Positions 19,253-29,331 of a DNA stretch of 64,000 nt are shown piece by piece. Positions within the stretch are counted from its first letter, which is position 1; each line of letters opens with the position of its first letter. A model generated the notes under the pieces. That model searched no databases. It had not been told where the DNA came from and saw nothing but the letters and a program-made list of their open reading frames with translations. The stretch is from Terriglobia bacterium. Lineage in GTDB: Bacteria > Acidobacteriota > Polarisedimenticolia > Polarisedimenticolales > JAIQFR01. The position numbers were made by a program, and so were the translations under genes. The DNA lies in NCBI GenBank assembly GCA_963748015.1, contig CAVVHE010000004.1, forward strand, positions 416,001 to 480,000, in the 5' to 3' direction.

Positions 19253-21320
19253 GCACGGCATGTCGATCCTGGCGGCGCTCGCCGCGCTGTTGCTGGCCAC
19301 GGGACCGTCCGTCGCCGGGGATGGCGTGGACGCCCTCGCGGCCGCCGCGGACCAAGGCTTGGCCCGCAACCTCACGGCCGTGGAGGTCTCCACCGACCCC
19401 GGCGGACACCCCGTCGTCACGCTGTCCGGGGACGGGGCGCTCACCTACGAGTCCCAGCTCCTCGAGCAGCCGAGCCGGCTGGTCCTGGACTTTCCCGGCG
19501 TCGTGAGCCGGTTGGCGACGCGCCAGATTCCGGTCGGCAAGGGCGGGGTGAACCGCGTTCGCGCCGCCCAATACCGCGGCGACCCGACGCCGGTATCGCG
19601 CGTCGTGTTCGACCTCGACGAGAACGTCCCGTACCGGATCGAGCGTCAAGGCTCGGAGCTGGTCGTGGCGTTCGAATCCGGAACGTCGGGGACGGCCGCG
19701 GCGGAAGAGCCCGCGCGGCCGGCGACGGCCCAGGCCGGCGTGCCGGCGGCGCCCGCGGCTCCGGTCGTTGCCGAGGTGGCGAAGCCCGAGCCCGCGGCTC
19801 CGGTCGTCGCCGAGGTAGCGAAGCCCGAGCCCGTGGCCCCGGCGCCTCCGGAGTCCGCCCCGAGCCTGGCGGTGGCGCCCGAGTCCCTCGAGGTGCTCCT
19901 GAACGCCCAGCCGGTGATGGCGGCCGAGGCGCCCGCGCCGGCGGCGCCGCCTCCCGCGGAAGCCCGGGTGACCGCTCCCGCCGTCACGCCGGCGGCCGTG
20001 CCGGCCACCGTGCTGGCCGCGGCTCCGGCGGCCGCGCAGGCGCCCCCGCCCGCCAGGATGCCCTCCGCGCCTTCCTTCGAGACGCGGACCATCGCGAAAG
20101 ACCAGACCAGTTACTCCGGGAAGCGCCTCTCCCTGAACCTCGTGGACGCCGACATCAAGCAGGTGTTCCGGCTGTTCCACGAGATCTCCGGGCTGAACTT
20201 CGTCCTCGACCCGAGCGTGGACGGGCGCGTCACGATCGTCCTCGACAACGCTCCCTGGGACCAGGCGCTCGACATCATCTTGAAGAACAACGGCCTGGAC
20301 AAGGTGATGGAGGACAACGTCATCCGGATCGCCTCGACGCAGAAGCTCGCGGCCGAGGCCGCCGGCAGGAAGCAGCTCAAGGAAGCCAAGGAGCTCGAGG
20401 TCGAGCCGACGACGATCACCCGGACCCTCTCCTACGCCAAGGCGAAGGAGGTCGAGAAGGTCATCCGGGACGGCGGCGTGCTGTCGCCCCGCGGCCGCGT
20501 GATCGTGGACGAGAGGACCAATACGCTGATCATCAGCGACATCCCGAAGAAGGTCGAGCCGGTGGACAAGCTGATCTCGACCCTCGACGCGGAGACGCCG
20601 CAGGTGATGATCGAGGCCCGCATCGTCGAGACCTCGAAGGAGTTCGTCCAGGACTTCGGCGTGAAGTGGGGGTTCGCGGCCATCGCGGACGCGTCCCGCG
20701 GCACCTCGACGTCCTTGCCCTTCCCGCACAACGCGGCGGTGAAGTACGGCCTCAACCTCCCCGGCGGCGGAGGCGCCAGCAACCTCGCGTTCAAGTTCGG
20801 GAACGTGCTGGACTCCTTCACGCTGGACATCGCCCTGAACGCCCTCGAGACGGAAGGGCGCGGGCGCATCCTGTCGTCGCCCAAGATCGCCACCCAGAAC
20901 AACGAGCGGGCGGAGATCGAGCAGGGCGTCCGGATCCCGGTCGTGAACACGACGGCCACCGAGATCAACGTCGAGTTCGTGTCGGCGTCGCTCAAGCTCG
21001 GCGTCACCCCGCAGATCACCGCCGAAGGCACGATCATCCTGGACGTCCTCGTCGAGAACAACTCTCCGGACTTCGTGAACACGGCGGGGAACATCCCCTC
21101 GATCCGGACGCAGCGCGCGCAGACCAAGATCCTGATCACCGACGGCGGCACCACCGTCATCGGCGGGATCTTCACGATCAACGAGGCCACGAGCGAGAAC
21201 GGCGTCCCCTGGTTCCGGAAGATCCCGGTGTTCGGCTGGCTCTTCAAGCAGCGGAACATCACCAACGAAAACCGGGAGCTGCTGATATTCCTCACTCCCA
21301 AGATCCTCAAGGTCTCCTAG
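19245..21320 (+). CDS. pilQ: Type IV pilus secretin PilQ with AMIN domain
   Basis: PSRLVLDFPG (AMIN), YSGKRLSL, PWDQAL, DERTNTL, QVMIEARIVE, VTPQIT, ELLIFLTP. Confidence 0.96.
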   Translation: MSKHGMSILAALAALLLATGPSVAGDGVDALAAAADQGLARNLTAVEVSTDPGGHPVVTLSGDGALTYESQLLEQPSRLVLDFPGVVSRLATRQIPVGKGGVNRVRAAQYRGDPTPVSRVVFDLDENVPYRIERQGSELVVAFESGTSGTAAAEEPARPATAQAGVPAAPAAPVVAEVAKPEPAAPVVAEVAKPEPVAPAPPESAPSLAVAPESLEVLLNAQPVMAAEAPAPAAPPPAEARVTAPAVTPAAVPATVLAAAPAAAQAPPPARMPSAPSFETRTIAKDQTSYSGKRLSLNLVDADIKQVFRLFHEISGLNFVLDPSVDGRVTIVLDNAPWDQALDIILKNNGLDKVMEDNVIRIASTQKLAAEAAGRKQLKEAKELEVEPTTITRTLSYAKAKEVEKVIRDGGVLSPRGRVIVDERTNTLIISDIPKKVEPVDKLISTLDAETPQVMIEARIVETSKEFVQDFGVKWGFAAIADASRGTSTSLPFPHNAAVKYGLNLPGGGGASNLAFKFGNVLDSFTLDIALNALETEGRGRILSSPKIATQNNERAEIEQGVRIPVVNTTATEINVEFVSASLKLGVTPQITAEGTIILDVLVENNSPDFVNTAGNIPSIRTQRAQTKILITDGGTTVIGGIFTINEATSENGVPWFRKIPVFGWLFKQRNITNENRELLIFLTPKILKVS
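19751..19842 (+). repeat. 39-bp in-frame tandem repeat in the PilQ linker (about 2.3 copies)
   Basis: PAAPVVAEVAKPE twice; units 19751-19789 and 19790-19828 differ at 2 nt. Confidence 0.85.
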
Positions 21321-21333
21321 GGGAGGTCGGATC

Positions 21334-22020
21334 ATGCGTCTAATCCAGAGATTCTCCACCGTCGCGTTCGCCGCTTCGCTCGTCCTGATCGTGGCGGCCT
21401 GCGCCCACGGCAGTATCGACGATGGCGACAGCGCGAACGTGATTCTGACCGTGCAGAACGTGCCCAACATACCGCCGGTCACGGCCTCGCCTTCCCCCGG
21501 CGGGACGGGCTGCACGTTCACCGTGCCCAACGTGAACGTGACCCTCGGGAGCCGGCCGAAGACCGAGCTGGCGCTCGACAGCCCGTTCAGCGACATCGCG
21601 ATGGACAACGTGGAAATCGCCTATGATTGGGTGAATCCGGACGGCTCGGAGGTCCTTGCGGACAGTTTCACCATCGCCGGAACGATCCCGGTGAACGGGA
21701 CCCAGACGGTGAGCTTCGCCCCGATCCGGCTGGATTTCCTCAGCGCGTCCCTTTCCGGCCGGACGGCGAACATCTCGATGCTGTTCCACGGCCACACGCT
21801 CGACGGCCATGCCGTCGCGGCGAGCGGCGGCGGCGCGCTGTCGGTCAACTCGTGCACCACGAGCACCGTCTGCGGCGACGGGAGCATCGACGGCACGGAA
21901 ACCTGCGACGACGGGGCCACGAGAGCGGGCGACGGCTGCTCGGCCTCGTGCCAGGTCGAGACGGGCTGGGTCTGCTCGGGACAACCCAGCGTCTGCCAAA
22001 TCCAGAACGTCGTGCCTTGA
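21334..22020 (+). CDS. Lipoprotein with a C-terminal Myxococcus-type Cys-rich repeat
   Basis: Lipobox-like VAAC; CGDG..ETCDDG..GDGCSASCQVETGWVC. Confidence 0.8.
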   Translation: MRLIQRFSTVAFAASLVLIVAACAHGSIDDGDSANVILTVQNVPNIPPVTASPSPGGTGCTFTVPNVNVTLGSRPKTELALDSPFSDIAMDNVEIAYDWVNPDGSEVLADSFTIAGTIPVNGTQTVSFAPIRLDFLSASLSGRTANISMLFHGHTLDGHAVAASGGGALSVNSCTTSTVCGDGSIDGTETCDDGATRAGDGCSASCQVETGWVCSGQPSVCQIQNVVP

Positions 22021-22033
22021 GCCTGGAAGGATT

Positions 22034-22060
22034 CCCGGGGCCGCCCCTGGCGGCCCCGGG
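22034..22060 (+). terminator. Strong hairpin after the pilM-Q-lipoprotein unit
   Basis: 12-bp stem CCCGGGGCCGCC/GGCGGCCCCGGG; no U-tract. Confidence 0.4.
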
Positions 22061-22099
22061 GAGTCCCGGCCGGCTCCGATAGGGAGGCTCGGGACGAAC

Positions 22100-22465
22100 T
22101 TGGCTCCCACCGATGCGCCCGGAATGGGCCCTCTCCTGACCACCACCCACGCGAGGCTCAGGGCCGCGCAGGGAGACGTCGCGGCCGCGCGTCGCATCCT
22201 GCGGGCCGTTCTCGCCCAGAGGCCGGGAGATCCGGAGGCGACGGCGCTCCTCGCGACGCTCGCGCCCGCCGCCGATGCCGGATACTCGGAGCCTCCGGAC
22301 GAGCCGCTGGCCCCGCCGGAGCCGGCCCGGGGAGAAGAGCTCTCCGCGAGATTCCGGGAGGCGCTGGCGGGGCCACCGATCGAAACCGCGGTAAGCTTGC
22401 GGGCGCGCCTCGAGCGTCTTCTGGATCGGATCGACGAGGTGAGGAGGGGCGGTCGTGCTCGATGA
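22100..22465 (+). CDS. Small hypothetical protein with a TPR-like helix pair
   Basis: TTHARLRAAQGD..ARRIL..RP; overlaps next gene; start TTG 22100 or ATG 22124. Confidence 0.6.
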   Translation: MAPTDAPGMGPLLTTTHARLRAAQGDVAAARRILRAVLAQRPGDPEATALLATLAPAADAGYSEPPDEPLAPPEPARGEELSARFREALAGPPIETAVSLRARLERLLDRIDEVRRGGRAR

Positions 22466-22814
22466 GACGTTAGCCGGCGTTGCGGCCGCGATCGACGGGA
22501 CCCGCGCGGTGTTCCTCGTGGGCATGGACGGCATGGTCGTGGCCGGTAAGGGCGAGGAGGGAGATCTCCCCTGGGACCTCGTCGTGGCGTCCTACGCCGA
22601 TCTCGTCCGGCGGGTCGTCTCGGTCCACCGCGAGGCCGGAATCGAGAAACCCGCCGAGCTCGTGGTCCTGGCAGCCGACGCCGCGCTGGTCCTTCGCGCG
22701 GTCACCCCGGAGTACGCCCTCCTGGCGGTCCTTCCCCCCGGGGGCAGCCTCGGGCGGGCACGATTCGAGCTGAGGAAAGCCGCGAGCCGCATTCTCCCCG
22801 AGCTGGACGGGTAG
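22455..22814 (+). CDS. Roadblock/LC7 (MglB/MglC-like) domain protein
   Basis: 119 aa; LVGMDGMVV and SLGRARFELR pattern. Confidence 0.8.
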   Translation: MLDETLAGVAAAIDGTRAVFLVGMDGMVVAGKGEEGDLPWDLVVASYADLVRRVVSVHREAGIEKPAELVVLAADAALVLRAVTPEYALLAVLPPGGSLGRARFELRKAASRILPELDG

Positions 22815-22981
22815 TAGAGCCCTTCCGCTTCCGGCCGTCCGCCGCCGGCCGGCCTCCCTGTTATCGGTCCACTTTCGCCAAAACGCGTCGCGGTGCGACA
22901 GACCCCTCGACTCTCCCCCGTGGCCGGTGATAGGCTCCTGTCTCGCCTTCAGCGGATTCGACGTCACCCTCGAGGAACCAC

Positions 22982-23452
22982 GTGGACGCCAAGGAACTTC
23001 GCGAGCTGATCGACGTCATCTCAAGGAGCAGCTTCACGACCTTCGAGCTCGAGCGGGAGGGATTCAGGCTCAAGCTCGTGAAGGGGGCGGACGCCGCTCC
23101 CGCCGTCGTGATCCAGGCGCCCGCCGGGGCGGTCCCGGCGGAGCCGCCGCAAGCGGTCGCCCTCCCGGCCCCGCCGCCTTCGGCGGCCCCGCCGAAGGTC
23201 GACGACGGGCTCGTCACCGTGACGTCGCCGATCGTCGGGACCTTCTACCGGGCCCCCAGCCCGGGCGCCCCTCCCTTCGTCGAGGTGGGAAGCAAGATCG
23301 CCAAGGGGCAGGTCCTGTGCATCGTCGAGGCGATGAAGCTAATGAACGAGATCGAGTCCGAAATCGATGCGGAGGTGGTGGAGGCCCTCGTCGCGAACGG
23401 GCAGCCCGTGGAGTACGGCGAGAGGCTGTTCAAACTGCGGCCGATGGCCTGA
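22982..23452 (+). CDS. accB: Biotin carboxyl carrier protein
   Basis: [17 protein letters not shown]. Confidence 0.97.
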   Translation: MDAKELRELIDVISRSSFTTFELEREGFRLKLVKGADAAPAVVIQAPAGAVPAEPPQAVALPAPPPSAAPPKVDDGLVTVTSPIVGTFYRAPSPGAPPFVEVGSKIAKGQVLCIVEAMKLMNEIESEIDAEVVEALVANGQPVEYGERLFKLRPMA

Positions 23453-23489
23453 TTCGGCCAGACGGTCCCAAGACTCCCTCGGAAGGAAC

Positions 23490-24851
23490 GTGTTCCGAAA
23501 GATCCTGATCGCAAACCGGGGCGAGATCGCGCTCCGGATCATCTGGGCCTGCCGGGAGCTCGGCATCAAGACGGTGGCGGTCCACTCCACCGCGGATTCC
23601 GACTCGCTGCACGTCCGCTTCGCGGACGAGGACGTCTGCATCGGCCCCCCCTCGAACAAGGAGTCCTACCTCAACATCTCCGCGGTGATCTCCGCGGCCG
23701 AGATCACCGGGGCCGAGGCGATCCATCCCGGGTACGGCTTCCTGGCGGAGTCCGCGCAGTTCGCCGAGGTTTGCCGGGAGTGCGGCTTGACGTTCATCGG
23801 CCCGGGACCCGACGTCATCCGCAAGATGGGGGACAAGGCCGAGGCCCGCAGGACGATGATCGACGCGGGCGTGCCGGTTCTTCCCGGGAGCGAGGGGATC
23901 GTCCAGGACGAGGAGCAGGGGCTGGCCCTCGCGGAGGAGATCGGGTATCCCGTGCTCATCAAGGCCTCCGCCGGCGGCGGCGGTCGCGGAATGCGGATCG
24001 TTACCGTGGCCGCGGACATGGGACGGATGCTCGACGCCGCGCGCTCGGAGGCCGGCGCCGCCTTCTCCGTTCCCGACGTCTACCTCGAGAAGTACGTGTT
24101 GGAGCCGCGCCACGTGGAGTTCCAGGTCCTCGGCGACACCCACGGCAACCTGCTGCACCTCTTCGAGCGGGAGTGCTCGATCCAGCGCCGCCACCAGAAG
24201 CTCCTGGAGGAGTCTCCTTCCACGGCCCTCGACCCGGCGCTTCGCGCCAGAATGGTCGAGGCCGCGCTGCGGGCCGCCCGCGCCGCGTGCTACGTGAATG
24301 CCGGAACCGTCGAGTTCCTGCTGGACGATCGGGGGGAGTTCTACTTCATCGAGATGAATACCCGGATCCAGGTGGAGCACGCCGTCACCGAGATGGTGAC
24401 GGGAATCGACCTGATCAAGGAGCAGATCCGGATCGCCGCCGGCGAGCCGATCTCGTTCATGCAGGAAGAGGTGATGGTCTCCGGCCATGCCATCGAGTGC
24501 CGGATCAACGCGGAGGATCCCGACACCTTCACGCCGAGCCCCGGCAAGATCCGGTCGTTCCATCTCCCCGGCGGGCCCGGGATCCGCGTGGACACCGCGT
24601 GCTACGCGGAGGCGGTCGTCCCGCCGTACTACGACTCCATGATCGCGAAGGTGATCGCGCACGGCAACACGCGCGGCGAGGCGATCCTGAGAATGCGCAG
24701 GGCCCTCGAGTCCTTCGTGGTCGAGGGGATCAAGACCAACGTGAAGATGCAGCAGCGTATCCTGACCGACGAGGACTTCGTCAGGGGGCGTCTCTCGACG
24801 CGCTTCATGGAGCGGTTCGCCCCCCCGAAGAAGAACGCCCCCGCCTCCTGA
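23490..24851 (+). CDS. accC: Biotin carboxylase
   Basis: [44 protein letters not shown]. Confidence 0.97.
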   Translation: MFRKILIANRGEIALRIIWACRELGIKTVAVHSTADSDSLHVRFADEDVCIGPPSNKESYLNISAVISAAEITGAEAIHPGYGFLAESAQFAEVCRECGLTFIGPGPDVIRKMGDKAEARRTMIDAGVPVLPGSEGIVQDEEQGLALAEEIGYPVLIKASAGGGGRGMRIVTVAADMGRMLDAARSEAGAAFSVPDVYLEKYVLEPRHVEFQVLGDTHGNLLHLFERECSIQRRHQKLLEESPSTALDPALRARMVEAALRAARAACYVNAGTVEFLLDDRGEFYFIEMNTRIQVEHAVTEMVTGIDLIKEQIRIAAGEPISFMQEEVMVSGHAIECRINAEDPDTFTPSPGKIRSFHLPGGPGIRVDTACYAEAVVPPYYDSMIAKVIAHGNTRGEAILRMRRALESFVVEGIKTNVKMQQRILTDEDFVRGRLSTRFMERFAPPKKNAPAS

Positions 24852-25014
24852 CCCCGCCCTTCCCGGTCCCGCCTCCCTCCTCCCGCCGCCTTCGCGCGGG
24901 ATGCCCCGAGCGCCCCGCTTCCTCGGCTGCCGACGGTCCGTAGACCCCGGAATCTCCCGAAATACCAAGGTAATCGTCACGAAAGTGTTGGAATTTGTCA
25001 CCGAGGAGGCTCGC

Positions 25015-25043
25015 TTGACAATAATTTTCACGGAACCTAAGTT
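25015..25043 (+). promoter_or_regulatory. Sigma70 promoter of pilB-pilT-pilC-pilSR
   Basis: TTGACA-N17-TAAGTT in an AT-rich intergenic region. Confidence 0.7.
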
Positions 25044-25161
25044 TGGGATGTATTTGGCCGGAAATCACTATGTGGAGTCGCGCTCTACGATAGTTGCGTG
25101 CTGTGAAATGAGGAGTCGACCTGTGCTCGCGCGCCGGTGCGCCAAGGGGGCCTGGGGGTAA

Positions 25162-26877
25162 ATGGCGGTCAAACTGGGGGAAATGCTCCTGAAGGCCGGA
25201 CTGATCACCCAGGACCGGCTTCAGGAAGCGCTCGCGGCACAGAAGAAGAACGGGGGGAAGCTCGGCTACAACCTCGTGAAGCTGGGCTACGTCAAGGAAG
25301 ACGACATCACCCAGCTCCTCTCCGAGCAGTACGGCGTCCCGTCGATCAACCTCCGGCACTTCGAGATCGACGAGACCGTCATCACCCTGATCCCGTCGGA
25401 GGTCGCGCAGAAGTACCTCGTCCTTCCGGTGAACCGCACGGGCGCCACGCTCACCATCGCGATGGCGGATCCGACCAACGTGTTCGCGATGGACGACGTG
25501 CGCTTCATGACCGGCTACACGGTCGAGCCGGTCGTGGCGAGCGAGATCGCGATCCGGGAGGCGATCGAGAAGTACTACGGCTCGACCCACGCGCTCGAGC
25601 TCAAGAAGGTCATGGACGAGATGGCCGAGGCCGAGGCCGAGGCCCTCGAGCTCCTGGACGACGAAGAGGAGCTCGACGTCCACGAGCTCGAGGCGGCCAC
25701 CGAGGAGGCTCCGGTCGTCCGACTCGTGAACATCATCCTGACCGACTCGATCAAGAAGACCGCCTCCGACATCCACATCGAGCCGTACGAGAAGGACTTC
25801 CGGGTCCGGCTCCGGATCGACGGCGTGCTCTACGAGATCATGCACCCGCCGATGAAGCTGAAGGACGCCATCACGAGCCGTCTCAAGATCATGGCGAAGC
25901 TCGACATCTCGGAGAAGCGGCTCCCGCAGGACGGTCGCATCAAGATCAAGATGAAGCTCCAGGGGAAGTCGAAGGAGATGGACTACCGCGTCTCGGTCCT
26001 TCCCACCCTGTTCGGGGAGAAGATCGTGCTTCGGCTCCTCGACAAGGACAACCTGGTGCTCGACATGACCCGGCTCGGATTCGAGTCGGAATCGCTGGTG
26101 AAGTTCGAGCGGCAGATCCTCAAGCCGTACGGGATGGTCCTCGTGACCGGTCCCACCGGCTCCGGCAAGACCAACACGCTCTACTCCTCGATCGCGAGGG
26201 TCAACACGCCGGAGACCAACATCCTGACGGCGGAAGATCCCGTGGAGTTCAACCTGCACGGGATCAACCAGGTGCAGATGAAGGAGCAGATCGGCCTGAA
26301 CTTCGCGACCGCGCTGCGCTCCTTCCTGCGGCAGGACCCCAACATCATCCTGGTGGGCGAGATCCGGGACTTCGAGACCGCGGAGATCGCCGTCAAGGCC
26401 GCGCTCACCGGGCACCTCGTCCTGTCCACGCTGCACACGAACGACGCGCCGTCCACGATCAACCGCCTGATGAACATGGGGATCGAGCCGTTCCTCGTGG
26501 CCACGTCGGTGAACCTGATCTGCGCCCAGCGCCTCGTCCGGCGGATCTGCAGGGAGTGCAAGGACGAGATCCACATGCCCGCGCAGGCGCTCGCGGACGT
26601 GGGCTTCCCCATCGAGGAGGCGCCGCGCCTGAAGCTCTACAAGGGGCGCGGGTGCGCGAACTGCAACAACACCGGCTACCGCGGCCGCGTCGGCCTCTTC
26701 GAGGTCATGGAGATCACCGACGAGATCCGCGAGCTGATCCTCTCCGGGGCGTCGGCCATGGAGCTGAGGCGGAAGGCGATCGACGAGGGAATGCTCACGC
26801 TCCGCGCATCCGGCCTGCAGAAGCTCCGCGAGGGTCACACGACCGTCGAGGAAGTCGTCCGGGAGACCGTGCTCTAG
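25162..26877 (+). CDS. pilB: Type IV pilus extension ATPase PilB
   Basis: N-terminal KLGEMLL (MshEN-like), ASDIHIEP, GPTGSGKT, RQDP, CREC/CANC Zn motif. Confidence 0.97.
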   Translation: MAVKLGEMLLKAGLITQDRLQEALAAQKKNGGKLGYNLVKLGYVKEDDITQLLSEQYGVPSINLRHFEIDETVITLIPSEVAQKYLVLPVNRTGATLTIAMADPTNVFAMDDVRFMTGYTVEPVVASEIAIREAIEKYYGSTHALELKKVMDEMAEAEAEALELLDDEEELDVHELEAATEEAPVVRLVNIILTDSIKKTASDIHIEPYEKDFRVRLRIDGVLYEIMHPPMKLKDAITSRLKIMAKLDISEKRLPQDGRIKIKMKLQGKSKEMDYRVSVLPTLFGEKIVLRLLDKDNLVLDMTRLGFESESLVKFERQILKPYGMVLVTGPTGSGKTNTLYSSIARVNTPETNILTAEDPVEFNLHGINQVQMKEQIGLNFATALRSFLRQDPNIILVGEIRDFETAEIAVKAALTGHLVLSTLHTNDAPSTINRLMNMGIEPFLVATSVNLICAQRLVRRICRECKDEIHMPAQALADVGFPIEEAPRLKLYKGRGCANCNNTGYRGRVGLFEVMEITDEIRELILSGASAMELRRKAIDEGMLTLRASGLQKLREGHTTVEEVVRETVL

Positions 26878-26927
26878 CGAGAAACCGGGCCGCCGCGCGA
26901 TCGCGCGGCGGCTCCCGAGGAGACCTC

Positions 26928-28061
26928 ATGAGCGTCACGATGCACCAGCTGCTCAAGACCCTCGTGGACCAGGGGGGCACCGACCTCCACGTCACCACGA
27001 ACTCCCCCCCGCAGATCCGGATCGACGGGAAGATGGTCCCGCTCCAGCTTCCGCCGTTCACCGCCTCGGAGACGAAGCAGCTGGTCTACAGCGTGCTGAC
27101 CGATAACCAGAAGCACCGGCTCGAGGAGACCCTCGAGCTCGACTTCTCGTTCGGCGTGAAGGGGCTCGCGCGCTTCCGCGCGAACGTCTTCTTCCAGCGG
27201 GGCGCCACGGCGGGGGCGTTCCGGACGATCCCGTGGGAGATGCGGAGCTTCAAGGACCTCGGCCTCCCCGACGTCGTGGGGGCCCTCTGCGAGAAGCCGC
27301 GCGGCCTGATCCTCGTCACCGGCCCCACCGGCTCCGGAAAGTCCACGACCCTCGCGGCGATGCTCGACAAGGTCAACGCCGAGCGCCACGAGCACATCGT
27401 GACGATCGAGGATCCGATCGAGTACCTGCACTCCCACAAGAAGTGCCTCGTGAACCAGCGGGAGCTGCACGCCGACACCCACTCGTTCGCCAACGCCCTG
27501 CGATCGGTGCTCCGCCAGGACCCCGACGTCGTGCTCATCGGCGAGATGCGGGACCTCGAGACGATCGAGTCCGCGCTGCGCATCGCGGAGACCGGCCACC
27601 TCACGTTCGCCACGCTGCACACCAACTCGGCCGCCCAGACCATCAACCGGATCATCGACGTCTTTCCCGCGCACCAGCAGTCGCAGATCCGCGCGCAGCT
27701 GTCGTTCGTGCTCGAGGGGATCATGTGCCAGTCGCTGCTCCCGCGCGCGAACGGCCACGGCCGCGCCCTGGCGCTCGAGATCCTGATCCCGAACTCGGCC
27801 ATCCGGAACCTGATCCGCGAGGACAAGGTCCACCAGATCTACTCCGCGATGCAAACCGGCCAGGCCCACTTCGGGATGCAGACGTTCAACCAGTCCCTGG
27901 CCACCCTGTTCTTCAAGAAGCAGATCACCCTGCAGCTGGCCATGTCGATGACCTCCAACCCCGACGAGCTCCAGGAGATGATCAATCGGGGCGCGGGGCT
28001 CATCAACTCCCCCAACACCGCCGCTGGAGCCGCCCAGCGCGGACCGGCCGTACGGCGCTGA
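26928..28061 (+). CDS. pilT: Type IV pilus retraction ATPase PilT
   Basis: GPTGSGKSTT, IEDPIE, GEMRD, AIRNLIRE, GMQT. Confidence 0.97.
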   Translation: MSVTMHQLLKTLVDQGGTDLHVTTNSPPQIRIDGKMVPLQLPPFTASETKQLVYSVLTDNQKHRLEETLELDFSFGVKGLARFRANVFFQRGATAGAFRTIPWEMRSFKDLGLPDVVGALCEKPRGLILVTGPTGSGKSTTLAAMLDKVNAERHEHIVTIEDPIEYLHSHKKCLVNQRELHADTHSFANALRSVLRQDPDVVLIGEMRDLETIESALRIAETGHLTFATLHTNSAAQTINRIIDVFPAHQQSQIRAQLSFVLEGIMCQSLLPRANGHGRALALEILIPNSAIRNLIREDKVHQIYSAMQTGQAHFGMQTFNQSLATLFFKKQITLQLAMSMTSNPDELQEMINRGAGLINSPNTAAGAAQRGPAVRR

Positions 28062-28084
28062 CGCCGCGCTAGGAGGAACCGTCG

Positions 28085-29287
28085 ATGCCGAATTACGCAT
28101 GGAAGGGGAAGACGCGGGCCGGCAAGATCCAGGAAGGGGTCTTGGTGGCCGAGACCAAGGACGCCGCGATCGCCGCGCTGCGCAAGCAGCAGATCATGGT
28201 CACGGCGGTGACGGAGAAGGGGAAGGAGATCGCGCTCCCGAAGTTCGGCGGCGGGATCAGCAAGAAGGAGATCGCGATCTTCACGCGGCAGTTCTCGGTG
28301 ATGATCGACGCCGGGCTTCCGCTGGTCCAGTGCCTCGAGATCCTCGGCTCCCAGCAGGACAACCGGATCTTCCAGAAGGTGCTTTTCCAGGTCCGGCAGG
28401 ACGTCGAGTCCGGCTCGACCCTCGCCGACGCGCTCCGGAAGCACCCGAAGGCGTTCGACGACCTCTACTGCAACATGGTGGCCGCGGGCGAGTCGGGGGG
28501 TATCCTCGACACGATCCTGCAGCGGCTCTCCCAGTACATCGAGAAGATCGTCAAGCTGCGCGCCGCGGTGCGCTCCGCCATGGTCTACCCGGTCGCGGTC
28601 ATCGTCATCGCGATCGGCGTGGTGTGGATCATCCTCTGGAAGGTCATCCCCACGTTCGCGACGCTGTTCGAGGGGCTCGGCGCCCAGCTGCCGCTTCCGA
28701 CCCGCATCACCATCGCGCTATCGAACTTCATCGGGGCCTGGTGGTGGCTCGTGTTCCTGGCGCTCGGCCTCGGGATCTTCGCCCTGAACCGCTACCACAA
28801 GACCTATCAGGGGCGCCGCGTCATCGACGGGCTGCTCCTGAAGGCGCCGGTGCTCGGGCAGGTGCTGCGCAAGATCGCGGTGGCGCGCTTCTGCCGGACG
28901 CTCGGAACCCTCGTCTCCTCGGGCGTGCCGATCCTCGAGGGACTGGCGATCACGGCGCGGACCGCCGGGAACGCCGTCGTCGAGGACGCGATCATGGCGA
29001 CGCGGAAGAGCATCGAGGAAGGCAAGACGATCGCGGAGCCCCTCAGGAACACCGACGTGTTTCCGCCGATGGTGGTCCAGATGGTGGCGGTCGGCGAGCA
29101 GACCGGCGCCCTCGAGACCATGCTGAACAAGATCGCCGACTTCTACGAGGACGAGGTGGACGAGGCCACCGCGAACCTGCTGGCGTTGCTCGAACCGATC
29201 ATGATCATGTTCCTCGGCGGCGTCATCGGCGGCATCGTGATCTCGATGTACATGCCGATGTTCTCCCTCATCTCGAAGATCGGCTGA
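28085..29287 (+). CDS. pilC: Type IV pilus platform protein PilC
   Basis: FTRQFSVMIDAGLPL, AGESGG, AMVYP, VGEQTG, LLEP. Confidence 0.96.
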   Translation: MPNYAWKGKTRAGKIQEGVLVAETKDAAIAALRKQQIMVTAVTEKGKEIALPKFGGGISKKEIAIFTRQFSVMIDAGLPLVQCLEILGSQQDNRIFQKVLFQVRQDVESGSTLADALRKHPKAFDDLYCNMVAAGESGGILDTILQRLSQYIEKIVKLRAAVRSAMVYPVAVIVIAIGVVWIILWKVIPTFATLFEGLGAQLPLPTRITIALSNFIGAWWWLVFLALGLGIFALNRYHKTYQGRRVIDGLLLKAPVLGQVLRKIAVARFCRTLGTLVSSGVPILEGLAITARTAGNAVVEDAIMATRKSIEEGKTIAEPLRNTDVFPPMVVQMVAVGEQTGALETMLNKIADFYEDEVDEATANLLALLEPIMIMFLGGVIGGIVISMYMPMFSLISKIG

Positions 29288-29331
29288 TCGCTCGCGGGCA
29301 CGGGCGCGAGGGAACGGCGGGACGGCCGGCG

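Noticed and set aside
22956..22967. ATTCGACGTCAC shared between the accB upstream region and 32506-32517
   Set aside because: A single 12-mer match is expected by chance in 64 kb, and the accB copy lacks the left half-site.
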